Position numbers and translations under genes: made by a program. This document shows positions 27,597-40,203 of a DNA stretch of 64,000 bases, piece by piece (positions within the stretch are counted from its first letter, which is position 1; each line of letters starts with the position of its first letter). The notes under the pieces were generated by a model, which was given only the letters and a program-made list of their open reading frames with translations, did not search any database and had not been told where the DNA came from. The stretch is from Chrysomallon squamiferum (Eukaryota > Animalia > Mollusca). The DNA is taken from the NCBI GenBank assembly GCA_012295275.1, contig CM022671.1, forward strand, positions 23,808,001 through 23,872,000, read 5' to 3'.

Positions 27597-29577
27597 TAGA
27601 AGTAGTTATAGATGTAGTAATAGTAGTCGTCGTCGTCGTAGTAGTAGTAGCAGTATGAGCACTATTGTTGTTGCTGTTGTTGTTATGTAAGGTACCATAA
27701 CCAACGTAGCCAAATGTATCAGTCACTTCACTATATCTGGTAATTAACGGCTGCCAGCCAGAATACCGTCACTGTCTTTCTTGATGTCTCTGTCAGAATA
27801 TCTGACATAGATTAAATTTTGTATCTAAGATGCGTAATGCTGGGAATAAATAAAATATTGCAATTGTTATATCGAAAGGTTCATGAACCTGTGCTGAACA
27901 TCAGACGAAGTGTGTCAGACAGACACTAATTTCAAACTATAAATCTTTTAAATTAATTCTCCTCTCCTGAAGTAAGCTAAATAATTTGGATTTCATTTTA
28001 CGAAACTTTCACAACAGTGTAAAACTTCCGAAATGTTTGTTTTGTAAACCAGACTGGATCATGAACATAAGATATTAAAAATAAGAAATGTTTCACAAAT
28101 GAACTTGTCTTTTTTATTTTTATTTTATTTTATTTATTAAATGTTTATTTTTTTTTTTTTTTATTTTATTATTTATTAAATGTTTATTTTTATTTTATTT
28201 TATTTTATTATTATTATTTTTTTTTTTTTACCTAAAATATCACCTACAAAGCTACATTTACACGCATGTATTTTACATTTAGTTTAATTTGTATTTGTTA
28301 CACTTCTTGTGGAATGTTTTCTTAAGAAACTAACAGCAGACAGCTCCAAGTGTTTCTTTCTGTATCTACGATTTGGATTAAGTCCGAAGAATCACGTTTG
28401 AAATGACACCTGCCCACATGGTTGAAAAACCATGCATTGAGTGCAGAATCTAGAAACCTCAGTTCGCATCTAGTTATTTTCCGTTTCAACCAGAGCTCCA
28501 GCAATGGTTGATGATTTTTTTATTTTTTTTTTTTAAATATTCCCGTATTTGAGAAAATAAATATAAAAGTCACTTCCTCTAAATCGAAAAAAAAAGAGAA
28601 GAGGATTAGATATTCGCATCGTAGCAGCCGATCCAGAATCTCTCATTGTCCATCTAGACATAAACCAGACGCATGACGCTATTTAACTGTGGATTAAGTA
28701 CACATTGTTATTAAATAAAATTATTTTAGTACAAAAAGATACAGGAATGAGAAGTTTCGCCTTTGTATGAGATCGTTCTGAGAGTAAAATAGGAGGAACA
28801 TATCAAGAAATATTGACATCTCTTTAAAGTTATCTAACATCCTAATTTAACTTCATCTTAAGATGACCCATATTTCTAGATTATGATTGTAATAACATGA
28901 TTATGCCCGTCATGATAACTTTCTCTGTCAAACTGAACAATTCTTTGCCTTTGTTAATGTTTCGCATATTTAAAATAATAATAATAATAATAATAAAATA
29001 AAATAACTGTTTTAAATTCTGTTAAAAACAGGATGATGCCAGATATTCCAGTAAGGTAAACAGTGAGAAAAGGTGTTAACATTGCAATATTACTGATAAC
29101 ATATTTTGTGGATTCGCTTCAAATAACTTTTTGGAGTTAGTCATTCTTGTGTACCTTATTAGACAAGTACGTTATAAATTACAAACGGGACAAAAGAAAT
29201 AAATAAAACTAAAAACGGTGAATAAACCTCACGAATAATGAAAAAAAAAAAAAAATGTCAAAGGTAAGATATATTTAAAAGATAAGACAAATGGATTACA
29301 TGTAAAACGTTACTGCAAGCTGACCTGCAGAACACTGGGAACATTAATACTTTCATATGTTTTTCTACATGTTCGTCACGACGAATTATTTGTCCACAAA
29401 AGTAGGCGTATGACGTTGATGTAAAAGAAGTCATCATGAAGTTGATGGCGAGACACAAGGATAATTTAATGACCTAAATTTACCTCCAAGACAAAACAGG
29501 AAAGAAAAAAAAAAAAAAAAAAAAAAAAGAATTAATTGTTTGCGACTAAAATAGCGTTCTGCGTTCATGCGGCAACA

Positions 29578-29609
29578 TATATAAGGATTAAGGCGGAGGA
29601 AGATTAGTC
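29578..29609 (+). promoter_or_regulatory. TATA box plus initiator for the LPMO-like gene
   Basis: TATATAAG at 29578-29585 and Inr-like ATTAGTC at 29603-29609 (about 28 nt spacing), ~420 nt upstream of the ATG. Confidence 0.5.
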
Positions 29610-29866
29610 GAGTCTAAGGAGTTTCTTTCAACGAATGACACTGCAGATTCACGTCTTAGGATTTCAGAAAGATACTCTTTGACTGATTCTTTTAGAGATA
29701 CAGTTGTCCTGTTCTGTCTACGAAGAAACAAATACAGTGTAATTTCTAATATTTAAAAGTGAATTCAAATTTGGAACTGAATTCAGTTTTTGGATGTATA
29801 AAGTATATTTTGAAACAAAAACGGAAAATTTCAGAGTTGTTAAAAATTAGAAAATATTAGAATTAA

Positions 29867-29897
<31 letters not shown>

Positions 29898-30023
29898 GAA
29901 ATAGCAGGAGAAGACGAAAAAGAAAAAGGAAGAACAGATACAAAAGAAAAAGCTTAGAAAACAAAAGGAATTTTGTTACACAGTGCTAAACAAACAAACA
30001 AAGAAAAAAAAAAAAAAACAATT

Positions 30024-30194
30024 ATGTATCTTGTCAGATTTTCAATACAATCAGCAGTGTATATGTTTTTCATTGCCTCTGTGGCAGGAAGAGGTCGTTT
30101 GGTGGATCCACCCAACAGATCCAGTTTGTGGAGGGAGGGCTACCTACAACTAATCAACAGAAATGATTCGGATTTAAACTGTGGAGGTGATATG
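30024..30194 (+). CDS. AA15/LPMO_10 (chitin-binding type-4)-fold secreted protein, exon 1
   Basis: Signal peptide MYLVRFSIQSAVYMFFIASVAG then RGRLVDPPNRSSLWREG...DLNCGG, matching the family start HGRLxxPPxRxSxWRxG...LxCGG; donor ATG|gtaagt, phase 0. Exact start Met less certain. Confidence 0.85.
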
Positions 30195-30540
30195 GTAAGT
30201 ATAAATATGTTCATGAGATTTTCCCATGTTTAATATTAAAAAAATAAATAAATAAATAAATGTTTATCACGAGTAGCCGATATTCAATAAGACTAAAAAA
30301 ATCATTTGATACAATAACAACATGAAAAGATGTAATATATTATTCTAATAAAACAAAAATTATTTAATATATATATACATATATTCTTTATCGAAAGGAC
30401 TCGAAAAAGAAGACAGCAAAGGTAATAACAAAGCGATAAAGCAAAATTTCATATGCACATATTTGTATGCAAGATACAAGCTTATCATTCCTGCAAACAA
30501 ATACTATAATATTACATTTATCTTGATATTCCGCTTTCAG

Positions 30541-30922
30541 CTTCCTTATTTACCATTCCAACTTAATGATGGATGGTGCGGTGTTTGCGGGGATTCCATT
30601 TTCGAGCCACGAAATCATGAACTTGGAGGTCTGTACGTGCCTCAGTTTACAATATCTCGACGTTACTCGGCAAACTCAAAATACATTGACGCAGCCGTCC
30701 TTGTAGAAGAGTTTCTGGGTGGCTTTTTCGAATTCTCGCTTTGCGCCCACAACGAAAAGAATGAAAAGGTTCACCAAGAATGCTTAGACGAAAACCGTCT
30801 TCGAATTTATGGATATGGAACTCGCTACTTCCCGCTAAGAGCCGGACTGCACCGACTGCGTCTTGAAATACCTGCAGGTCTTGTGTGTGAACACTGCGTC
30901 CTTCAGTGGCGATGGATTACAG
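30541..30922 (+). CDS. AA15/LPMO_10-fold protein, exon 2
   Basis: Acceptor ctttcag; encodes GWCGVCGD..PRNHELGG..GFFEFSLC..QECLD..LEIPAGLVCEHCVLQWRWIT, all family motifs; donor ACAG|gtgag, phase 1. Confidence 0.93.
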
Positions 30923-30950
30923 GTGAGAAACTAATCCCATCCATCTAATT

Positions 30951-30952
<2 letters not shown>

Positions 30953-31024
<72 letters not shown>

Positions 31025-31350
31025 AATAATTGCAATAAAGCTGCATGGTATAATGCTTTGAAAACAAATTTAACCTACTAATCAGTTTCATGAAACATTC
31101 TCATAATTAATATGTAATTAATTAAAACTATGGAATAATTGTACACATAAGAAACAAAATTTGATTTCGCCCTTCTCTCTTTTTTTTTCTCTTTTTTTTT
31201 TTCTCTCTCTCGCTCTTTCTAAGTCTCTAGCTCTGTCATACTATCTTTTTCTCAGTAATAACGGTTAATAATTCTGAATGACACACTGCTTTAGAAACTT
31301 ATCTAACCTACTAATCAGTTTCATGAAACATTTACGTGCACAAAAGTATG
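30953..31350. repeat. (CT)n tract followed by a local direct duplication in LPMO intron 2
   Basis: ctcagtaataa...tgcttt...taacctactaatcagtttcatgaaacatt occurs at ~31020-31098 and ~31251-31332, each preceded by a CT-rich tract. Confidence 0.8.
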
Positions 31351-31354
31351 TCAA

Positions 31355-31411
<57 letters not shown>

Positions 31412-31452
31412 AACAACATCATTATTTTGTGTCTTATGTCTTCTCTTGGCAG

Positions 31453-31586
31453 AACAATACACTCATACTGACTGCAGACTGTTACCACATCGTCGTCATT
31501 GTTTTCAGTGGATGCAGTACATCAACTGTGCTGACATTTCCATCATGCCATCTATTAACCCACGATTTTTCAACGTCTACCACTAA
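31453..31586 (+). CDS. LPMO-like gene, alternative terminal exon 3a (isoform a, 228 aa)
   Basis: Acceptor gtcttctcttggcag, phase 1; encodes (E)QYTHTDCRLLPHRRHCFQWMQYINCADISIMPSINPRFFNVYH* with the family C-terminal CADI motif; AATAAA at 31705. Confidence 0.8.
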
Positions 31587-33373
31587 CCAATTAACACTGA
31601 ATGCAGCCAACTAAAAGCATGTGGTGAATACATAATTTATATAGTATACAAACTAAACTGTGTTATATGTTACTATACATACATATAAAATAATATTATT
31701 AAAGAATAAAATCACTGTTGCTTATTTTATTTAATATATTTCTTTAAATAAAAATACAGAAAGTATTATACCTTTTCAGTTATTAATTGACTGTGTTATA
31801 TAATGAATATATAGCCATACATATATATTTATTTATTTTTATTTTTTTATTATTATTATGATTTTTATTTATTTTTTATTTTTTTTTTTTTTTCAATTTT
31901 TTTAAATTATTATTATCTATATAACAACATCTTCTTCTGTTGGAAAATGATAAAGCAATTAGCAGGGTTTTAAGACAATGGTCGATATGTGAACATGTGT
32001 TTGTAATGACCCATGGCTGTTACTGCTTTGCTAGTTAAACATTTTGCTTGCGGTTGTTTCGGAATAAACAATGGCTTCCTCTTTTATATCTTTTTATAAT
32101 AATCATTAATTTTAACGACTGTGATTTAGGTCTAACTACAAGTTTTAAGATCCATTTTTTTTTTTTTTTATTTTTTTTTTTTTTTTTTTTTTCATTTTAT
32201 TTATTTATTTTTTTTTTTATTTTTTTTTTTTTTTTTCATTATTGTAAGTAATGAAAAAAATTAATATCGGTAAATGTTTTGGACAGATTTTTTATTATTA
32301 TTACTTTTTAAACTTTTTTTTCATTTTTTTTTATTATTATTATTTTTTATATCGTTTTTTTTAATTATTATTAATTTTTTTTATCGTTTTTTTTTATTTT
32401 TTTTTTGTTTTTTTGTTTTTGTTTGTTATTTATGAGCGGAAATTGTTTGCGGGATACAACAGCACTGGTGTGAGAATACTTACGGTTTAACGCTGTATTG
32501 CAAATGGTTTCTGTCTGTGTGAAAAGCAGTTCATATATTTTATTTCAACATTAAGCAACTATTACGCGATATAGTACGGCTTAGCTGAGGATTATCACAG
32601 TTCAGGCTGGAAATAGCAAGAAGTAAAATTATGATGTTAGAGACACTTCGCAAAGAATTTATTGGCGACCTTTGGCTTACGACAAAAGACATGGTGGCAA
32701 TTGTACTCCAAAATTCAGGCAGAACAGGATCAGTTTGTGAAAAACAGTTTTTTGTAGTTGTGCTTTTATTTGTGTAAAATTTCGGCCAAATGAACCACTC
32801 TGTCCTCCTTAGCCAACAATGTCCATATTCCTCGTGTAGGTGGCAGCGAAATACGGTCACCGATTCACCACGTCATGAAAAGATCATAAATTTTGGTGTT
32901 GTTTATCACCATCATCTTTTATTTTCTTCTTATTGTTGTTGTTGTCATCGGTGCTGCTATTGCTGTCTTTATATATATATATATATAATTTTTTTTTGTT
33001 CATCCCTGTCTGTGTGCAGTTGTGATATAAGCATTGACTAGTTATCATACATCTATATGAAAGTATTTTACGGCGATTGGCATCAAAGTAAAATGTCAAG
33101 ATTCAGTTACAGTTTTCGAGTGGTACTGCAACAGAATAATTAAAGGCTGCACCTCTGTTTAGCCGACGGCAAGTTATGCTTTAATGTCAGCAGAGATTAT
33201 TTTAAATCGTAGATCAACATGTTACTTGACCTATATACAGTTGAAAACAGAATGGATTGTTCAGTGATTTGCTAATCAGAGAAGACTTGCCTTTAACAAA
33301 TGAAATTAATTAATTAAAAAAGAGAGAATGATGATGAAATATCTGCACAATTCATTTCAAGCATAGAACATTA

Positions 33374-33380
<7 letters not shown>

Positions 33381-33429
<49 letters not shown>
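33381..33429. repeat. (GA)n microsatellite
   Basis: Directly visible. Confidence 0.95.
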
Positions 33430-33431
<2 letters not shown>

Positions 33432-33553
33432 AACTAGGCCGGTAGGTAGGTAGATAGATAAACACATACACATAAACACGTATAAATATATAATACAGAA
33501 AAACGCAAACACACAAACATATGTATGTTAATTTAAAAGTTAATTACTTTCAG

Positions 33554-33792
33554 AAAAATTCACTCGTAATAAGTGCAATGGCCTGGTCTTTCCCAGAACA
33601 TGTCTGGTGCCGTGGCAGTATCAGAACTGTGCTGACATTGCCATTTCGGAACAGACGACCCGGAAGACACGGCTCCAAGAGACAATCACTGAAGCCTTGG
33701 CCGATCTTGCAGATTCTGATTTTTTTTGGTTTTTGCCTTTTCTTAACAGGTTTCCCTCATTAGGATTAATGGCCTCTCTGCTTGATGCTTAG
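33554..33792 (+). CDS. LPMO-like gene, alternative terminal exon 3b (isoform b, 263 aa)
   Basis: Acceptor ttactttcag, phase 1; encodes (E)KFTRNKCNGLVFPRTCLVPWQYQNCADIAISEQTTRK...LMASLLDA* with the CADI motif. Confidence 0.82.
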
Positions 33793-34429
33793 TATACATA
33801 CTTCTATATATAAAAAAAATTAGTTGTGAATAACCTCGTAGGAATCCATTTACATAATGAAAATATGTTTATTATATTCAGATGTTTCTGATGAAAAATT
33901 AAACGTTTTTTAACATTAATCAAGAAGATTGTTCAGTGAAGATTTATTTTGATATACCGTTGCTGTTATTTTTTGTATGTATTTTTGTTTAATTTTTATT
34001 TTAAGTGACATTATCACTTTCCTGTTTTATTCGATTTACATATCTTTGCATTGATGTATATTTGCTTCATGTGTTAATATATATGTGTGTGTGTGTGTGT
34101 GTTGTTTTGTATGTAATTGTTTATAAAGCATGGTATGTTTACTGAAAAGAGATAACGAAATAAAATATTTACAAAAGCAAAACTAAGAATAAATAAATAA
34201 TAAAACGTATTTATGATTGATTGTTAATTTTATGATATTTATGGATTTTTTTTGTTTTTTTGTTTCTGTTTTGTTTTTGTTGTATTCAAAAAGAAAAGAA
34301 AAACGTCAATTGTATACAATTATAATAATGTAATAACATTGCTGTATCACATTTAGAGAACTAGGAAAAACCCTATAGTGACTGAGCCACTCATTTGGCG
34401 TCTTGGCGAAACTTAAAAAGCTATAAAAA

Positions 34430-34474
<45 letters not shown>

Positions 34475-35911
34475 GATCTTTTATTTTCCTTTCATTCTTT
34501 TATTTATTATTATTCGTTTGTTTTGTTTGCTTGTTTGTTGCACTTGTTTATTATAAGAATATATATATATTTGTTTCTGGATGTATTTATTTTCCCGTTT
34601 ATCCAAATTTATCCTTTGCTTTATGTTACGATGCTTTTGCTGCTGATGATGATGATTATTATGGTTGTTGTTGTTGCATACAACACATAGCATTGATTAA
34701 TTTTGTACAATTTTATTAAATACTAAAAACAATAAGATATTTTCAAAATAAATATTTCGGTAATAAAACATTTTTGTTTAAAATAATAATAATAATAATA
34801 ATCATAATAATAATAATAATAATCTGCCTAATAAAATTCCACCACTAATATTATCAGATAAATTTCGTATTGTAAACTTTTTTGTAACATTTCACTTTTA
34901 AAACTAGACAAATGAGTAATTAAATAAGTAAATAAATAAATAGATAAATAATAGAAAATTTAAATGAGCCGAATAATTACAATATTCGCCCAAATATTAT
35001 AAATGAAGCATTCACCAGTTACCGCCTTAAAAATTACTTTTCATTTTGATTTTGGTTTTTTCTTCTTATTTTTATTTTTGTCAAATTCACTTCACATCTG
35101 TATTGTGAAACAATGAAACCAAACATATTGTTCTCGTTCCATTCCAGGTGTATCTAACACATTACAGCCATATTAACCTACATAATTATTAGGTCTGCAC
35201 GAGACCAACAGACAGAACACGAGACAAACTACGCCCAGTTTCTTAGACACGCAAAACTGTTACAGACAAAAGCGATCTATAATTTGATGCACGTTTGAAA
35301 CACGTGTTTTAATTTCTGCTCGAAATGAACAAGCGGGAAACGTCTGAGTTTAAACTTCTGCTCGTTATTATGGCGGACAAGGTCGTGTTCGTTCGCCGGC
35401 TGATGATTTGTTTCTTGTGGAAGTAAATAAATAAGTTGTGAAAAGAATGAATAAACTAAGTGCTCAGTAAATAAATAAAATAAATAAATAAATAAATAAA
35501 ACTGACGAGAAAGCTGATCAACAAAAAATAATATTACGAAATTATTATTATTTAAATTTTTATCATTATTATGAGTAGTAGTAGTAGTAGTAGTAATAGT
35601 TCAAACATGATCACAATTTAGCCTAAATATTAGATTAATATATCTTTATTTTACCAGTTAATGTAATTTAAAGCTATCAACAAGAAATTAAAACAAGGAA
35701 TGAGTACAAATAACACAAACAACAAATTAATTTTTGTACTAAAAAGAGACTTCTGTCACACCTTTATTACAAAGCATATCTTATAATTTTGTACAATTCA
35801 AATGCACGTGCATATTGTACAATACACATACGCATAAATACGTATTTAACAATGCAATATTTATTTCACGTTACCACTGTCTTATTACTGGTAAACAGTA
35901 CAACTCTAGGC

Positions 35912-36349
35912 CAGAGGTTTTCAGACTAAGAATATGCGTACTCAGGAAAAATTCTGTAATGGCGGATGCAAAAGATAAGAACAATATTTGTATAGAAGGC
36001 CATTTAGAAAATGATAATCATCCTTGCACGATCCCTAAAACTGGTCCCGAATCGTTTATTTATTTTTATTTTAATTTTATTTTATTTTATTTTATTTCAT
36101 TTTCAATTTTAATTTTTCCTTATCACTAAAAAAAATAAAAAAAAAAAAAAACAAATTATGAATAAATAAATAATAAAAATAAATAAAAATATGAGTTCCG
36201 TATATTTTACAAAATTAAAGCACTGTGCACATTTCGCTCACATATTAATTCATTGCACTGTACATGCTTTTTGATATTTGGAAAGGGGTACGCATACACC
36301 AAATATTTTCTCCAAGGTGCACAGTTGGAAAAAAGTTTGAAAACCTCTG
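35912..36349. mobile_element. Non-autonomous hAT/Charlie-type MITE, 438 bp
   Basis: TIRs CAGAGGTTTTCAGACT / AGTTTGAAAACCTCTG (15/16 match); left flank ctctaggc fits the Charlie NTCTAGAN target preference, right flank (c)ctctataa is a decayed copy. Confidence 0.72.
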
Positions 36350-37259
36350 CCTCTATAAAAAAAACGTTTAAAAACAATATAAATTACAAATGTCATAAAA
36401 ATATAAATAAAAGTTCTACATAATGTTTGAAAACGCTCATGAATATCTACAAAATCTACAATGTCTTATTACAGGTGATTGGTTATATTTACACAGTTTA
36501 TTAACACCTTGATAAATGCAGTTTCTTGTCACATACTTTATTACAAATTTCATAAATGAATTTATAAAAATCATTATTATAAAACTGTTAAAGTGTTTTT
36601 AAATTTATTTTTGTTTTTGTTTTTATTTTTTTTAATTTTATTATTATTATTTTTTTTTTTACCTAGTCATTAAAGTGTAACCTTAGTGACACAAACAGAT
36701 GGGTTACATTATCTAAAAAAATTATTCGACTTGGGGAAAAAAGAAAGAAAGAAAGAAAAAAGCTTAATATTTATTATTTAGATTTACTACAGGTTGTAGT
36801 ACTTCTAAATCCGTTTCTATCTTATTTACAGCTTTGGGTTTACTTTGCCTGTTTGTAGTCAAAGTCATTCTGGTTTTGAATGAACCCAATTTTAAACTTA
36901 TTAAACAGAAATCATTCTGCTTTTCGAACACTCGACGATTTTATTCGGGACATTTCGGAATCGACAGTACTTCTGGTGTTTAGGTCTGGATTGTACAGAG
37001 CAATATTGTACAAATAAATAAATAAATAAATAAAATAAATAAATAATAATAATAATAGGTTTTGTTTTAAATAAATACAAAGGCAAAAAAAAAAAAAAAA
37101 AATAGTAATAATTTAAAAAAAATGCGTTTCCTCTGGAACAGATGAACTACTTGTTTTAGATTTTCTAAAATATGACGTATTAATATATTTTTAATGTTGT
37201 ATAATTATAATGATCAAAATTTCTTGTCTTACAATATACCCGTATGTTCTTTCTAATAT

Positions 37260-37307
<48 letters not shown>

Positions 37308-37903
37308 GAGGTAGAAGTCAAATGGAAGTAAAGAAAAATGAAAAACTAATTTTTTTTTTTTTTTTTTCCTTTTCCTACGAGCTGTGTCCAAATTTTGTCT
37401 TCCCACTCCTTCATAATAATTTATTTATATTTATTCCACGTTGCATTAATTCTTTGTAATTCTCTGTGTTTGCAATTACTTTATCATTCATTTTTAAATT
37501 AGTTTTACTCTTTTTTTTTTTTCTTCTCCGTTGATTGTGGATGATATAACTTATTCTTTTTTTGTTTTGATACAGAATTGCGAAATCTTGACGCAGTATA
37601 AACACAAATAATGATGATGACATATATTGCAAATATGATGTAATGTGATGATGGTCAAGAGAATTTTAAAAACCAAAAGAAAAGAAAGAAAGAAAGAAAG
37701 CACCCAGCAAAACAACAATCCACTTAACTGTGAACCTCCTAAACAAAATTAACGCCGAAAATGTAAGGGCGATAACTCTTACCTCACGTTCATAAATTGG
37801 ACTGTACCGTAATATTATTGGAAGACATATGCAAAATGAAAATAATTTAATAATATACTTTTTCGTCCTCCTATTTTTTTTTTTTTTTTTTTTTTTTTAG
37901 TTT

Positions 37904-38096
37904 TTAAAAGACTCTAGATTTTCGCGGATAAGCTATACGAGTGAGCTTGTACTTCTTGCAAACACCCCACCAGTTTCTGCGTTTGCAAACTTTTCTTTTC
38001 TTGAAAACAAAACACGCTGGAGAGATCACGTTGAAGAAAATTTTACCCATTAAAGGAGCCGTGGGCGATGTAGACTGTTTCAGACACTTGCGGAAT
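37904..38096 (-). CDS. Group III secreted phospholipase A2, exon 2 (terminal)
   Basis: Acceptor ttattgcag, phase 2 matches exon 1; encodes (K)FRKCLKQSTSPTAPLMGKIFFNVISPACFVFKKRKVCKRRNWWGVCKKYKLTRIAYPRKSRVF*, completing the FxxCL...GxxFFN...CF group III signature. Confidence 0.92.
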
Positions 38097-38907
38097 CTGC
38101 AATAATAATAATAATATTAACAACAAAAGGACCAACAACAACAACAATAATAATGATAATAATGATTATGAAGATGACGACAATATATTCAAAGGAAAAT
38201 GAAGCTATACCAAGCTGCAGTTTCATGTTATTAAAGAAAAGTTATGAAACTCTGGAAAATGTTTTTAATTGTGTAAAAGCATTAAAAGTAATAATGCATC
38301 TGCAAATTTGACGATTTTTAGTGCACTGAAAAAAAAGAAAAAAAGAAGAAAAAAAAAGAAAAAAAAAAAAGTAGTTGCCAGATGTTTCGATATTTTTTTT
38401 TACTCCAGACTAGTGAACGCTAGTTTCATCTCGTCGTGAATGAAGGTAAAATAATACAGAAAAAAAAAAGAAAGAAAAAAAAAATGTTATGTAAGATGAC
38501 TGGAATGAATTACAATGATGGTCTGAGATATGTTTTTACTATTTTGTCTTCGTTAATCCAGTGTTCTGAAGACTGAGTATATCTTCAACAATCTCTGGTT
38601 TCAGACGTTACGGTAAGGTAGAGATATCGAAAAAGTCGTCTGCCCTCTAGGCACGAGAACTATCGTGCCTGTCAAACGTAATTTGTCAGAACTGTCAACG
38701 ATATCAGGATGATCGTCGGTGCCATGTAAATGTCGCATCACTGTTACGTACTCGACTTTTCTTTTCAGCGCAAGTTAGTGTTTAAAGTAAGATACGACTG
38801 TTGTTATGTAATCATAGTAGTGTTTTTATTTATTTAACCTTTTAAAAACCACCCAGCTGGCTTAAACTACATCAGCCAATGCACGGACAATACATTTATA
38901 TATATAC

Positions 38908-38909
<2 letters not shown>

Positions 38910-39003
<94 letters not shown>

Positions 39004-39030
39004 AGAGAGAGAAGAAGAAGAGCGAGAGAG
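38910..39030. repeat. (GA)n microsatellite
   Basis: Directly visible. Confidence 0.95.
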
Positions 39031-40203
39031 GAAGGTAGACAAACAGATGGTTATACAGGATCAGAGGCAGAACGAGGGAGACATATGCAAATATCTAAAA
39101 TAATTTAAGCTTCAACATCAGAGACCTAAAACAGATTTAGTTCGTGTTTGTGTGTATGGGTCGTTTCCAGCCTGTATTAAGTCCCGAAAGAAACATATAT
39201 GATTGCTAACTGAAAACAGTACCACAGATTTTATTTTTTTCACCACAAAAATATAGACAATTATAATTATGTACAAGTATCATTAAAAAATCATTAAAAA
39301 ATTCTTGTGGAAGATAGATAAATTTAAAAATAACAATTTAAAAGTAAATAAAAAATTAAAAAAAATAAAATTAAACAATTAAATAAACCATTCTCCCCAT
39401 CAACCTTCGTTGTTACGCAATCAGGACAGGACGTACGATTGCAGTATAAATTTCTAATGACCATTCTGTTTGACAAATATTAATTTATTCTCACCACGCT
39501 GTCACGTTGCTGACACCTACTGTAACAGTGGTGCCGTTAATCAGAGGCGATGAGGATTAGATCAGCGTGTTACAGGTTACATCGAATGACGCGACGTCCC
39601 TGTAGTCCTTTAGCATTGAGTGAAAAGTTGAGTTAATTTTGGTCATGACAAGCCTTGGTTATGTCAGCAAATTTATATAATTTTTGTTTATTGTTAATAT
39701 GGTTGATGAGGAAGATTGTTTTAATGCTGCTCTTGTGCTGTTAGTGATCGTCTTCTAAATCTTCTTCTTTTTATTTCCCTTATTTCTCTTCTTCTTCTTT
39801 GTGTGTGTGTGTGCGTGTGTGTGTGTAGGTGTATAGGTATATATATATATATATATGTGATTGTGCAGGGGTCTTAACAGCATTATAAGCCTAAGGGCTA
39901 CACAATGTTCGCTTGATACCATAACAATTAACCTTAATAATGTTCATTATCTTTAGTAAACCACATGCTAAATATTTACAGTTTAGTAAAGTATGGCATT
40001 CACTGACAGAAAGTCACAACATAAAAGAGTAGCATTGGACCGAGTGTGTTTATATATAAAGACAAAATTACAGCCTTTTCTTCAAGACAATTAGTTGTAT
40101 AATGAGTCACACACAAGCATCTAATAATCGTCTCTTAGATTTTATTTAAGTAGCGTACATCTTCTTCTGAACACCTCTCCTCGATGAGTATAGACACCTT
40201 CAC

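Noticed and set aside
29635-29682. Upstream ATG ORF (MTLQIHVLGFQKDTL*) as an alternative LPMO first exon
   Set aside because: Stops after 15 codons with no phase-compatible donor; at most a uORF.
32520-32890. GC-richer block between LPMO exons 3a and 3b as a possible third terminal exon
   Set aside because: No CADI motif or matching Cys spacing found after any acceptor.
38649-38670. 8-bp hairpin AGGCACGA-n6-TCGTGCCT as a Helitron 3' end
   Set aside because: Spacing to CTAG is wrong and short hairpins of this size are expected by chance.
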